The notes beneath the pieces are model-generated. The model was not told where the DNA came from, did not search any database, and was given only the letters and a program-made list of their open reading frames with translations. 64,000 bases of DNA, taken from Amoebophrya sp. A120 (lineage: Eukaryota > Protista > Dinoflagellata). The stretch's first letter is position 1; the number at the start of each line of letters is the position of its first letter. The stretch spans positions 3,219,144-3,283,143 of the forward strand of contig CAJINV010000012.1 in the NCBI GenBank assembly GCA_905178155.1, in the 5' to 3' direction. Shown one piece after another: positions 11,597 through 26,500 of the stretch. A program made the position numbers and the translations under genes.

Positions 11597-14500
11597 ATGT
11601 CATCTTCCTCGTCCCGTGGCTCATCTTTTTCGACCACCCGCCGCCCGGACGAATTTGGGCAGCTCCCACCTCCTCCTCACGACAAAACTGCTACCAGCTC
11701 GAAAAGGAGGAGGAACCCTGAAGGAAGTATCACCAAAACTACAAGGAAAAACCGCACCGCGAAGGCTGAAACTGAATCGGGGAAGAACAAGAACTATTCT
11801 CTGCAAAAGTATCGTAGAACTCGTATAAATGCATTACAAATTTTCTCAGCATCAGAACCGGATTTTCATTTTGTCATGCTGTTTTACCTTAAGGACAAGA
11901 TTTGTCATGCATAGTCGCAATTAGTACGAGTACGATACTTTTGCAATGCATAAGAGCGGCACGATTCCAAAGGTCGATGAGCTGGATGAGCTCGCGGAGT
12001 GTGTTATCCTGAGCAAAAACGTCCCCTCCGCAGAGCTGTCATGCATATTTGGAATGACAGGAACACTTGTAATGCGCTTCCCCATGACAGGCATTTCCAG
12101 TGGTGTTTTGGTATTTGTAATGCTGCAAACAGGATAAGCAGATGGAGCTGTGATGCGGTTGTCCTTGCTAACATGCACTACACTACGGACTGCGCCTTGT
12201 CATGCGTGGCTCCCAAAACTTCTGGGTTTGTGTTGCTAAGTTTCCAACTCGACTCGGGGGTGGGGATGTTTTTACTCAGGATATGCGTCGTCGCGGAGTC
12301 CACGGCGCGGGCGAGAGAAGAGGCAACGCTACCAGGAGTGAGCGCTAATAGGCGAGGGTCGGAGGTGGCAGAAGTTGGTGTCGAGACGGTGTTAGACAGT
12401 CATCGTGGCCGTGGGGTAGAGGAGGTTCAGCACCACACGCAAAGACAGCATCAAGCTGCTAACTGTAACTACACTATTCGCGAGATAAGGACATCAAGAA
12501 ATAATAGCGCAACCGCCGAGGAGGAAAGGCGGGGAGAAAATAATACCGAGGAGAGCAACCAGCTAAACTTCTCGGGACATCATCAAGTACTAGAGGTGGA
12601 AGCGCCGTTGACGTCTCCCCGTGAAGACAAAGATGGGAACAACTACTACACCAAGCGTCGGCTCGTTCTTTCTCAGTCGCAGCCACAGGAGGCACTGCAG
12701 GATAATTTCCCGATCCAACGCCCACCTTCGAGGAAGGGAGCACGAGTGCGAACGAGAAAGACTAGCACGGAGTCCTCTTCGTCCTCTACTTGCACAGGGG
12801 TACTAGTACATCAGCCACCGAGGGAACAAGAAGCAGCTGGACCGGAAGCTGGCTGTGAAAATGAAGATGCCAACAACCGGAGCGGCACACGGAGGAGCAA
12901 AATGTCCTGTAGTGAGAACACGTATGACCACAGCGGTGCCAGGTCGTCGTGTCTCTCGACCGGAGTCGGAGAGGGTGGCCGGGGTAGAAGTGATGCGCCT
13001 TTTGAAGAAGAAGAAGAAGAAGATGAAATCCGCCATGGCAGCATGATCCCAACGCTAGCGTTGCCGAGGCTGCTGGTCGGAAATATTGCTTGTGCGACAG
13101 TGTCCACTGCGCTCTGCCAAGAACAAGACGAAAAGAAGGACGAGGAGCAGGTCACTGCTGCCAGCTGCGGTTATGCGGAGCACAGCGTCGTCGAGCCGGG
13201 AACTACAGAGACAACAGGTGCTGGAGCTGCACCCGACAAACAGGGAGCCAAGCCGGAGCCACCACGAGCCCTAAAATCCACTGCAGCGGCACAAGAAGTA
13301 CTTGAAAAAGCGGGAAGTAGGAATATAAAATCTACTCGACGAACCTCGGGAGCAACAGCTAGTGTGGATCCAACTTTGTCTTCACGCGCACGTGGTACGA
13401 GCTCGTCCCGGTTTCCTTCAAACCGAAAGAAGGTCCTGCCGACGACACACCGATCTGTCTCTGCAACGCGTTCTTGCAAAGCAGGGAGTTGTGAACAACA
13501 AGGGGCGAAAGAAGAAAAACAACGCCAAGAAGAACCAGCTGCAGATGAGCAGACGCAGTCAACAACGTCAGACATCAGCGCACCACGACCAGGAGCGCAG
13601 GATAATGCAGAAGCTACACTGGCAATGGCATTGGCAACATCTTCAAAAAATAAAGCTGCAGATGTAGTTGAAGAAGTAGCTGCCCCCAGCACGTCGGTAG
13701 AAGAAGCCCCTGCGAGAGCAGTGGAAAAAAGTCTCAGCGTAAAAACAAACAGAACCGCGAAGATGATGTTGAGCACCAATAGAACGACAGGCACAGGAGC
13801 TGTAGTTCCTCCCTCGCACCAGCCTTCTGGTCCTGTCGCTGCTGGAGGTGTCGTCCCCTCCTGCGAGAAAAATCTCGAAGAGGGTGTTCTTCTGCGGAAA
13901 ACAATAAAAACGCGGATGAAGAACAAAATGACCCAGCAAATGACCAAGCGCGCCGCAGATGAAAAGGTGAAGCAGAACCGGTTTTTTCTCAAAAAGGGCG
14001 AAGGGCGAGTTGTGGAGCAGCAAGCGTCTACTTTGTCCTCGAATGCTGCTGCTGCTGTTGCTGGGCGCCACGACCAGGAAGGAAAGAGCGAAGGAGATCT
14101 TCATGGAAAGAAGGAGGTGCTGTTGAAGAGTTCTTGCGCTGGTAAAGGAAAAACAAATGCACTGTGGGCCAACACAACTGCTTCTTCATCTAAGAACAAA
14201 GATTCCTCGTCCACCTGTGCAGAAAATAATACACGTGGCACAAGAACACAGCGAACTCCTCCTCCTTCGGCGCCAGAAAATGGTCCACCTAACACGTCTT
14301 CTACGAAAGCGCAGGAGCTACTACCAGAAGATCCTTCTCCACCCGCAAATGGTGGTGTAAGAAGTCGCTGTCGAGATGATCAAGAGGACAACAGGAAGAA
14401 CGACCACCAGCAAGATCGTGGCTCCTTAGCCCTGCACCGCCTGTTTGCGTGCTCGGCTGCCGCAGGCGGTGTCGCGAAGAGCTGCAGCAGGGACGATGAA

Positions 14501-17500
14501 GATCTCGGCAGAATTTTTCACCTCATCTCCGCTTTTCTGTTTGGGGCAGGCGCGGCTGGGGGAGGAGCAGGAGCCCAGGGCGAGAAACAAGAAGCGGTGG
14601 ACCTTCATGAGGTAGGTTGTAACAAGAAGTCGCAGATTTTAGAAGAGATGAAAATAGAGCAAGGACCGCAAGAACCAACAAGGGCGTCTCGCCACGATCC
14701 GTCAGAAATAAATGGACACCCGCTTGTTCCTCGCGAAAACAAGTCGAAGCTAACACCCGGACGAGGCGGTTCCACCCGTGGTAAAAAAAGTTCTGCTGAT
14801 CAAGAACACTATCATTCCTGTCCGGCAAGTAGAACCAAATTAGGGGAGAAGATGCTACACCAGAAGCAGATGAAAAGTTGCTACTTACCGCCGGTTATTT
14901 CGACGTCCTCGACTGGTGCAGCGACATCGACTTCGATGGGTGTGGTCTTGCAAGACCAGAGAAGTCGGGCTGCGCCTGCAAGAAAGGTGTTTGCAGATAA
15001 AAAAGCTGCGGATCATGAAGATGTTCGTGACGCGGCAAGAAAAAACGACCGAGCTCTGACATTAAAGCAGACAAAGTCCTCCTCAACTTCTGCGAAGCGT
15101 GCAGTAGCAGAGAAGATGAACAAGCAAAGCGACGTAGTGGATGATCACACACAAAGAACTAAGCAGGAATTAGTAGAAGATGAAGAACATGACCTACAAG
15201 AGCAGGAGCACTCCGTCGGCTTGGTGAAGCAGACGTACGGACCCACACTATTGACCAGCCCACATATCCAAGAAAAAAACGTTGTTAGTGTAAATTTGTG
15301 ATGCGCAATATGCAAAGTGATTGCGTCTGTCATGCTTGGCATGCATCGCAGGGTCCATTACAGGGCGTTTTCACGTACTATCTGCGCATGACAGGTTTCT
15401 GCTGTCATGCCAGACAAATTTGTAATGGTGTTCCTCCAAAAAAGTTACGCCTACAATGTTTTTTTCTTGGATACCACAGCGAGGCCTTCTACTACTGGAG
15501 CAGGGCAGTTCTACTTTGTCCTTCGGCGGACGGTCTCATCTGAGCACCAGGAATAAAAAACACAATCTGGGACTACAAGCGAAGAAGATGGAGAGGGGGA
15601 CAATTACCAGCTGCACGAGGACGAGTGCAACATCATCAACATCTCCGCACAAATCGAAATCCAAAATGCGGGAAGACGAGTCCTCAAATCACAGAAAAGG
15701 CGAAGATAAAAATGGACGACACAATGGAGCAGCGAAAAAGCTCCCTGGTGGAGCGACGGGCAGTGAAAAGGCTTCTGGTCCTGACCAGAAAACTCTCAAT
15801 GCCAGTACTAGCGCGGAGCATCAGACGCAGACCCTACCACAGCGGAATAAAACAGCCAGAATCGACGACGATCTCAAAGCACGAGGAGACGATGAAAAAA
15901 GTGAAAACGATAGCTGCGACAGTGAGGAACAGCAGATGGCGTTCGACCACAGGCAGACAGACAAGGACTATGCGGGCCCGAAGGTGAAAGCGCGGCAACT
16001 GGCGGCGAAAAGCTATTTGTCCGGTTTGAGGAGTCCGGAGAGGGGATGGAGAAGACACGCGAAGGACACACTTGGTTTCTCGTTTTTACAGAACTTTCTG
16101 CAACCCTCGAAGAGCGCGCCAAGTTTGTTGCGCGCTGAGGACGAGCTCCACGCCAGTGATGGGAAACTTACAACGACGGCGCGCGCATTGGAAAAAAACG
16201 AGGGAACTACACGACAAGCAACGATGACCAGAAGAACCCTCTCTGCTCCGCTGAAAAAGGACCGAAACAAAACCACCCGGAGTTCTTGTAATAGTCCCTT
16301 CACAATAAAGAAATCCAAATCGCCTCTGAGACCACACGATCGCCGTGTGCTGCGTGCCAATCAGGAAGATTTCCGGCAACTTCAATACGAACGGTCCTCC
16401 TCGACTGGTTTTTTTTCGCCCGACCAAGCGCTCCTGCGGTACGAGAAAACGGAGTACTTTCACAAGCTGATGCAATTGGAAAAGCACAGGAAGGCGCTTT
16501 TCAGGCAGACTTTCGAGAAACTCGCGAAGCAGCGCGAGCGGACGAAGGCCAAAAAGTTGTTGAAGTTGCGGACCAAGATTTTGAAATTGAAAAACGAGGA
16601 GGTCCGTCGTAAGCAGGAACTTTTTCGCAATCGTATTGTGAGGAAAAATGCCCCCAACCCATAACTTGGGAGCATTTGTATTGCAAACCTTTCTAATGGA
16701 AACATTGGCCGTCTTGCATGTATCAGCATCACAGATTTTCAGTCGTGGATAGCAAAAATTTGCATTGCAAAAGATCCCAGCAAGCGCGGCGCTTGTCATG
16801 CAGGCGATGCTGTATACGACTAGACTCTGCATCAGAAAGATTCATAGTCCTTTCATGCATGGCAAAAAGTTTTCGTTTGGAAACGTCGCATCACAAGTTC
16901 TTGCAACTTTCGGGGTGGGGGCATTGTTCATTGTAATAAATCGCGAATTGGCGTTGCAAATGCGGAAGGCGAAGACGGTGCGGATTCCGTTCAAGAAATA
17001 TCAAAATAAAAAATCCCCCCTCCCCATATCGAAACGAAGTTTCTGATGCTGGATTTGCGTACATAAATCAGGTCTGTCTTGCTGGAGAGGACTGCAGGCA
17101 TATGCCAAGCCTGGGTCGAGAGGTTTTGACGTAGGGAGCTAGCATGACAGGCGTCGGCTCTGTAAGCCCAGCAGCATCACAAACCGCCGGCATAATGCGG
17201 CGGATTCTCTAGCTTTGCCTTCTTGCAAGACAGACAGGATTTGTGACCTCAAATCTGCATCACAAATCTTCAGACGGATGCGTTTTCAATATGGGGAGGG
17301 GGGATTTTTCCTCACAATAAGAAAAAGCAAAGCGTCCGACAGAGGATGAAGATGGTGACTTGTCTCCGGATATCAACTGTAAAAATGTCTGGGTCTGGAA
17401 GGATGCATGTTTGTCATGCTTGTCTTGCATGACTCTTAGATCTGTCATGCACGTTACCCAAGAGCTCCATTTTTCTGTGATGCAGGAACGCACTTTGTCA

Positions 17501-20500
17501 TGCACAATAGGCAACACCTAGAAGCTCAGAAACTTGTCATGCTGAGCCAGCATTTGTGGCCTCATCATGAGACGCCACCCAGCATCACAAGCTTCCAGAC
17601 CCAGACATTTTTACATTTGATACCGGAAAGCCATGTACGGCATGCAGGGGAAATATCGCAAGAAAAAACTGGTGTCTTGGTCTCAAGCTCAACTTGTAAA
17701 AATGCGGGACATTTTGTTGTTCCTTAAGACAGTTTTTTACCATGCTGGACGAGATACATCTTTCAGAATGGGTTTATTTCTCTTGCTGTCTGCACGCATC
17801 AGACATTTTTTGTAGTTTCTTGTTTCGCCACAACTTTGTATTTACTGAGGTCCCCAATGGAAACGCTACCGGTAAGAACGCTTGAGACTGAGATAGTGTT
17901 TTCGTACGATACGAAAAGAAGAAACAGCAGTGAGGAAGATAATCATGTCGAGAGGACATCTTCAAGCAGTGCGAATAAGCTTCCAACCTCCACAACGATG
18001 AGAACAAAGACGAGTAGCGGTGGAGCAAAGGACGCTGAGGATACGGACGACGAGGACGAGGAGGAAAATGATGTATGAATTGCAAAAGTATCGTACTCGT
18101 AGTGATTGCGTTTATGCATTACAAATCTGTTTGTCAAGAAGGTAAAAAGCAGCAGTACAAATTTAACTTGTACTGCCGGGCTAATTTGATGTGATGCAAT
18201 GTATACTAGTACGATACTCGTGCATTGCATATGATGAGCCTCCTGGCAAAAGCAGCAGCTCTACCGGGAAGATCCTTGGAAATTCAGCCGCAGCTGCGAA
18301 CAAAGGTGGAGGCACGATGATCCGTCCCAGCGTCTTGTTTAACATAAAAACAACATCATCCTCATCTTCCGAAGCAGCGACGGGCTGCATTATAAATCCC
18401 ACCTCCGGGGGCAGCGGCACAACGTCCTCCACATTGTTAACGCTTCCGAATTCATCTAGTACTTCTAACAAATTGCCGCGGCCGCGCGGATCCGCCGTGC
18501 TAAACCCGAATATTCCGCACTCTGCCCGGGCGTCCTTCATCCGGGGACCACCTTCCGGGAGTGCGCGCCCATCTGTTGCGCACGTTCTAAATGGGCCGCG
18601 AGGGTCCATGGCGGTCACAGCTTCCAGCAGCTTTCACGGTGGCACGGCCAGTGGAATGAATAGAGGAGGAGGTGCTGGTTGTACCACCGGTTCGGGCGGT
18701 GAGTTGAACGGCAACAAGCATGACAACAGCAGCACGGCGAAAATACAATCCTCCTCGTCTGGTAGTAGCAAGCTTTCTTCTAGTACCTCTGCAGGCGGAG
18801 CAGGTGGAGTAACTTCATCACCTCCGAAGCAGCGCAACACGAAGCTCGCCATGCTCGAGCGCACGACCAGTTCGGGGAATCTGCTGGAGGACCAAGAGTC
18901 GCTGCAGTCGGTTTTGCAGTTTCTGGAACAGGAGTGGCGGTCGCTGTTGCAAGAAGTGTTTATCCGCTACAGCTTCAAGGATTGGCGCGACCGGTATGAA
19001 TTGCAAATATGTCTGAGTCTGGAAACTTGTGATGCTGAGTCGTGAATAGTGAATGCGCTGTAATGCACAGCCAAGCATGAGAAATATTTGCGTGGTCTAG
19101 TGTTGCGTTTTTTACTTGACAGCTGTGTTTTTGCATGACAAGCAAAAGGCTCTCTGCTTGGACACGCATCACAGACCCTTCAGTCATGCCAGACAAGCAT
19201 GAGAGCCTTGCATTCTTCCAGACTAGGCTTATTTGCAATGCATAATCGCCGGGTGATTACGAAGTTGCTGCTCGATTGCGGCGTGTTCCCCTTGAACATC
19301 AAAAAGCCCGGGTTCAAAGTTGGTATCCATTGCAACGACCGATCTGAATCTGGAAGTGTGCAACTTGCGATGCTGCTGGTGAATTCTGAAAAAAAAACTG
19401 TATTGCCAAAGTAACCAGAAAAGCCGAGTGGATGCTCTTGCTACGCGGAGAGGGCACTCATGATCCTGCCCGATAGGCATCCTCACGCACTCAGAAAGAC
19501 TGTGATCATGCAACCAGGGCATAGTACATCACAGACCCATGATCATGGGTCCAAGCGTAAAACGAACATGACAAGCGTTGCACTTTCCTAGGTCCAAGAA
19601 TCATATTTGGTTTCGATACCTGGGACTTGTGGTGGTATTTCATCTGAAGACGGCGGGATTTTTGCAAGCCACAGCAGTAGTTCTTCTTCCAACTACGACA
19701 TTGAGCACGCCGGGGTGCAACAGCTGAAGGTGCAAATCATGAGCTATTTTTTTGGCCAGAATTTTTCCAACAACAGCGAAATCGTGGAGCGAGCGGCCAG
19801 TGCGCCAGGTGCAGCAGCTGCGTGTTTGCATCAAGCAGCCAATACGTCGTTTTTCACCCACCGTTCCTGCAACAACAGGATGGGATTTGGAAATAAAAAC
19901 GGCCCCGCCCCCTTCACAACCCCTACAGTAGTGAACTACAACACACCCCCTGGCAGCCCCCGCGGGAAAGAGCCGCTTGGGTTCCGGAGCACGGTCTTGT
20001 CGCTCGCATTGCACGACGAGGACTCGTCAGCACAGCAGAGAAGCTCGGAGTACAATTTTTGCGACTCAACAAGTAGAACCTCCAGACGGAGTACAGTGAA
20101 TTACAATTCTGGCTCATCTTCAAGGAGTTGTATTCCCCCTAGCGGGGCTGGAACAGGAACAGCAACAAACGCAGGAATCACCGCTCCAGGGAGCTGCAGC
20201 AGGGCGAGCGGGAACAGTGGTTTTGTGGAACCTCCGCGGCAGGGAGTAGTTGAATCATCAACGACGTTGTCGGCAAATGGTGTAGTAACCAAATCCGGCG
20301 GTTCCGGTTCCCCCACCCGCACAGCGTCAGACCAAGAGAAATCCGCCTGTGGTGGAGCGAGCGGGACTTTTTTACCCCCGTCCAGTAGTTCCTCGTTCCC
20401 CGCTGGAACCACGACCTCGAGTTCTAATCCCGGAGTTTATTCTGCTGGCACTGCATCGACCGGTGTAAAGTCATTGAACCTACCGGCTGTTGTAGTAGCG

Positions 20501-23500
20501 CCAGCAGGAGTTTCATCAACAACAAACGGCACTGAGTCCACCTCAACGTCAACATCAACCGGCGCAGCTAGTAGTGCAGCTGCTTCTCCACCTGCCGTCG
20601 ATGCCTCCTCGTCCACCCCGGCAAGCTACAAGAACGGGACCCGCGCGTCACGCACCGTCATCCTGTATATGCAATGGAAATTGAGTTCTATCCAATTCCG
20701 CCAGTGTGTACGTACAAGATGCATCACAAATTATTCGATCATTCAACCTAAGTCTTTACGTGTAACACTTGTCATGCTGATCTTAGGATCGGAGGCAAGT
20801 TTTGTTATGCAGAGTCCGCGTCTGTAGTTTTGCATTTGCCTTTATTGCAGGAATCGGGACGAATTTTCTCTGTTGTATACTTTCCGGCGTCATTCAACAG
20901 CACGCTCCGGAGCGCAACTCCGCTTCCGGCAGATTAGCCGACGTACTGGAGCAGCCCCCGGGGGGCGGTATCCTTTGTAAAAACGTCCACACACCAGAGT
21001 CAAGATGGGAAATCTGCTATACAAATCTCCAAGTTTATTTGGGCGTTGTGCATGACAAGTTTCCATCTGCAGCGTAGTGCTGGTTAGCAAGGGCAGCCGC
21101 ATGAGAAAGCCAGCTTCTCATCCTGTCTACAGCATTACAAAGTCCAAAGCACGATTGGAAATGCCCCTGATGGAGATGCGCATTACAAATGTTCCTGTCA
21201 TTGTGCATTTCCATTACAACTATGGGGTTGGAACTTTTTTCCACAGGATAGGCGGCCGCAGTGCCGGTTTATCCTCCAGCAGTGCGAATGCGAACAACGG
21301 TATCCAGGAAAAAAAACACCATCACAATCACACGTAGGAGGTTTCGCATCAGAAATTTGTCTCGCATGACCACAGATTTTTCTTGTATTGCAAAAACGCA
21401 AAGGGAAATCGCCTATAGCCCTTGACTGTGATGCATTTTTGCGCATGACAAAAATCTTTGTATTGCAAAAATGTGCAAAAGTGATTGTGATGGTGTTTTT
21501 TTCTTGAATAAACGGCGCCCGCCGCCCGTCCAGCATCTACAATCGCAACAGCAGGAGGAGCACGAATGTGAACGTGTTTGTGAACCTGGGCATTGTGAAT
21601 CTCTCCCCTATATGCATTGCAGATATGGTGCCTGGTAGGTCTGGCAGGCTGCAACTTGTAATGCTGCCTTCGTCGGATTCTAAATAAATGTGTGTTGCAT
21701 GAGGGGTCCAATTTTTGCTATGCGGAGAGGGCACTTGTTTCTCATGCGGGAGCAGCATCACGGGCAAAAAGGCCTCAAAAAGCATGTGTGAAACTACGGC
21801 ATACAACATCACAGACAACATGGGCCATGCAAAACGTGCATGACAAACGTTGCAGTTTTCCCGACCACCCAGGCAGTTTTTGCATTGGATACCCCAGCGG
21901 GAAGCCGGATTTCGACACGTTTGCGCGCGTGATGCAGGAGATCCGGGACCTAATTCTGACGTTTCAAAAAGAAGTTTTGTCGGAGTCCCTCATGGAATGC
22001 ATGATTGAGTCCGAGCACTGGCGGGATTTCGACAAAATGGTGCAGACCGGCAGTGATGTCAGTCTGTTTCTTGCGGAATCGGTGATGCGCGGGGGTGCAG
22101 GAAGTGGAAGGAACAATGGTGGCTACAACTTTGTGGATGATAATCCCAATTCTAGTACTGTGTATGGCACCACCAGCTCTTGGGCTGCTGCTGGTGTTCT
22201 TCCGGCGCGCAGAAATTCCGCCAGCGGGGAAGATAATTCCTCGGGCAATAAGTACCAGATCGCAGCGCATTTGGCAAACTTGTTCGGTTGCAAACTGTCC
22301 GGAATTTCCAGACCGTTTCTGCAGAATAAAGTGATCAAGAAAACGCCCAACAGTTGTCTTGGTGGACCGGCAGGAGGAGACCAGCAGTTGGTCTCCAATT
22401 CTAGCTGTACTAATCATCCGGAACAAGACAATTATCCCCGCGGAGCCGCGCCGGATGTAGCCGCTGTTGCAGCAACTACTGCGGAAAATAACAAGCAGGG
22501 TGTAGTTGTAAACCCCACCAACAACAAATTGGACAACTTTTGGCACACTTTGAAGAGAAAAGCTGGCAACCTTTTCGGCGTGACAGGACCGACAGGATCG
22601 TCTTCTGCGGGAGCTTCGTCCGCGGCAGGTGCACCTCCGCACGGCGGCTCTGGTGCAGCACTCCCTCCTTCCGCTGCGGCAAGAGGCGCCAGTGCAGCAG
22701 CTGGTGGACAGCACCAACTCTTCCAAGGTTCGGCCACCGCCACTGCCATGGAGAACCTGCAAAACAAGATGGCCATCGGGTTCAATATCAATCACACGAC
22801 AACGACTCGATCGGTGGAGCAGCTGTCGCATTTTGTTTACCACTCCCGGGTCGATTGCTTGTGCAAGTTGCTCCCGAAAATTTTCGAGGCGGCCGGCGTG
22901 GAGCGGCACTACCACACGAGGGAAGTCATCAAAGATTTCTTCGAGGCAAATTACTTCCAGAACCCGAGCTCCGTGTTTTCATCTACCGTGGGCGGCTTGA
23001 TGTTTGGCACAAAGCACGGGTCGTCGACGTCGGGCAGTAAACCAAGCTATGCGATTGTACTGCAAATATCTTCTCTGGTTCAGAATTTGCGTTGCAAAAT
23101 TTTAAAGACATCTACCTACATCTGTGCAGCATGGCTACGAGCAGTCGACAACTCTTTTGTCGTGCTGGGGATCTAGTTTGTCACGCGGTTTTCGAATGAA
23201 TCCGCTAGCACGGAACTGAAAACCTTCTGATGCTGTTACTTATGCCGCAGATGGTGATAGTACTCTGCTATGGGAGTATGATCAGCAGCAGGAATACAAC
23301 AGGTGTACAGACTCAGACATGTTTGCTATGCATACTTCCAGCAGTAGTGGTGCGGATTCCGGTGCAGTGGGTGCCGGCGAAATTCCGAATGGGAATCACC
23401 ATCACGACGGTAGTTCTCATTTCAACGGCCTGGTAGCGGGTGGCAGTTCAGCATCTGGAACAAACAGTAAGTCCCAGCACGCAGCGGGCGGATCAGGCCA

Positions 23501-26500
23501 GCAGCACCCTCGGCAAAAGATGCGTAAGTCGGTGACCCATGGGAATTTGGACACGATTGGAGCAACAGGCGGGCACCACGGGAATAAGCATAAGCTCAAC
23601 AAGCTGAATCAGCATCAAACCGCCGGCGCTAGTAATTCATCTACGAGCAATTATGCGCCACTGATACAGCGGCGCGGCTCGTTTGATTCTCTGGTCCCCA
23701 CAGCTAGTACACACGGGTCGGCGGATTTCCCTGGTTGTACTACCGGAGGTGGTGGAGCGTACAACAACCAAGGAGGCTTGTTCTATGCTGGCCAATTACA
23801 TGGAGGTGGTTCCTCGTTGCCCAGTTCTTACACTGGTGGTGCGTCGGATCATTTTCATCCTCTGACGTCGGGGGGAGAAATGGTGCACAAGGCTTCTAAA
23901 GTTGTACCAGAAAAGCCTATCGAGCTGGACGACCTGGCGCAAGAAAACGAGCGGATGCAGAACATTATCCGGCAGTTATCATATGTAAAAACGTCCCCAC
24001 CCCATAGTCAAGCTGGGAAATTAGCAACACAAATCTAGAAGTTTTGGGAGCCACGCATGACACGTTGCAGTTCGTAGTGTAGTGCAGGCTCGTAAGGACA
24101 GCGGCGTCACAAATCCATCCGCTCATCCTGTTCCCGGCAGTACAAATCCCAAAACACACCTAGAAATGCCTCTCATGGGGACCCGCATTACAAATGTTTC
24201 TGTAGATGCAAATCTGCATGACAACTGTTGGGTGGGGACGTTTTTACTCAGGATAGCAGTTGGTAGAACAGAGCCATGTGGTGCGACGGGCCAAGGAGCG
24301 CGAGGTGATCAAATTTTTCCAGCTTGACGACCTTACCGGGGACGCTGACAGTGCCTTTTTTGATCAAGATTTGGTGGAAGCAATGCTTTTCGGGTCGTCG
24401 TTTCCGGCAGGCGAAGATGATGATGAGGTTGAGCAGGAGGTTTTTGGGGAACACGCCGAGAAGACAACAGGATCCGAAGACGTGGTGGCCGTCGCTGCGA
24501 GTGGTCCGGGGAAAATTCTAGCGGCAGCCGGACCTCCTGCAGCACCACCTGCAGGTCCTAGCAATAAGACCAAAATGGAAAAAATGAAGAAAAAGATGAG
24601 CAGCAGGCTGAACGAACAAGGAAATAATTCGGCGAAGAATTCGTTTCTCGCGGTGGCGGAGAAGTTGCAGCTTTCGCCGAAGGAAATTCTGCTCCGCTCG
24701 CCCGGCGGGTCGATGCTGTCGCCACTCAACAGCCCCGCGGGGGCGAACTCCTTCCGGTACTACTGCCGACAGAGCCTATCCCTTTTGGGGCGCGAGATGG
24801 AAAAGAGTAGAAACTCGGAGGCAAATGTTAAAACACAGGACCAGACCGGTGACGATAGTGACGCTGCGAGAGATGATGTTGATGAGCTACATGGCGAGAG
24901 GACTAACCTTCTGTTCGGAACTGCAGGGGCCGCAGGATTGAATTATGCTCGAACTACCTTCACGACATCAAAAGCACAAGCCCAAACGCCGTCTCTTGGT
25001 GGCAAGAATTCATCTTCTTTAACATCTTCCGTCGACACTACTTCTACGCCTCCTGTGACCGAGACGACATCCACTTTATCGAGTAGCCGCCCAAGGGCAA
25101 GCATCGTTTCCTTCCACAGTGTTCTAGATGATCATGACGATGCAAGTGGGGCTGGTGCAGCCACCGCGACAAGTAGCGTTGCTGATGCTTCTGGACCAGC
25201 TGTCGACGTTTCGGCAACGATGGATTCTATTCTCAACGGTACTCACGGCCCGGGGGGCCGCACCTGGAACAAAGGCCTTTCGATCATTCTCGATTCCCCC
25301 GAGTCGGATGATAATACTGGTTTGAACAGCAGCACGACGCCAGATGAGCTGCTGCACCAGGGAAGTAGTAGTGGCACAACTACCTCTAACTACCGGAGAC
25401 ATACGACCGCGAACAGCAACTACGCACTTAATAGTAGTAGTACAGCGAGCAATTTGAACCTGATGACAGACGACGAGATTATGAAGCTGGGAGACGAGGT
25501 CGAGGATGAAAACGGAAGGGCAGTTTCTGCCAGCATGAGGACTGTGGCACGGTACAAGCGGCTAAATTCCAACCCGGGGATAGAGCAGAACAACACGAGT
25601 GCTTCTTCTTGTGCGACGGCTTCTATTGCGGGGGGTGGGGCCACTAGCACTAGCGGCAGCTCAGGTGTTCATCTCGGTGGTGGCCCATCTGCATCAACAA
25701 TTCCCGGTATGGGACCCCGGAAAAGTACGATGAGAGGTACTAACAAAGCGACGCAGATCAAGAATGCAGCCGCAGGAGCACCAGAAACGAAGTCTGCGTC
25801 TCTGGAAAATGGTATAAGTAAATCATTTTCGTTTACCATTTTTTCCCGCACCGTTGACGTCACGATTCGGATCTGTAGAAATTGCGGTGGATGAAAATGA
25901 AATTTTTGTCGTCCGACAGCTTTGAGAGAGGAATGTGAAAAAAGAGCTGGCTCCGGTCGTGCTCGAGGACCGATAGAAATAGAATCGCAGGATATAATTC
26001 ACTGTCTACATCACCAGATTTTTGTCCCAGCCCCGGCGCAGCGCCTGTAGAGGAGCTCACGACAGTGGTCGACCACACCCTTGGAGTTGTTCCTCTGATT
26101 GGTAAGACACCTTCCCTCGCCGGGCGGGTTTCGATCTGCGTCCCGAATCAGAGCGCAGCGCCAGCGGCCTCACCAGGTCCACCACCGCCTGGGGTCGTCT
26201 TGAGTAGTGGCGAAACAAGTTCATCTTACAACAGCCAAAACATCAATTCGCAAGCGCAGAAGCGGTCCTCAGTCCTGACTCGCGCGGGGCAATCGGATAT
26301 GCTCCGGCGCCCGTCGATTTTGAAAAAAACCACGGACCCTATCAGAAGTTTTCGTTCAGGTTCCATGTTCCAAAGCTTCAGTCGCAACGCCTCGCTGCTG
26401 CCGTCGCATTTATCAAAGGTAAAAATGTCTGGGTCTGGAAGAATTCATGTTTGTCATGCTTGTCCGGCATGACTCTTAAATCTGTCATGCACGTTACCCA

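Noticed and set aside
21950-22915. Long minus-strand ORFs (also 13171-13992, 16086-16832, 43742-44323)
   Set aside because: Antisense shadows of + strand exons with no recognisable motifs.
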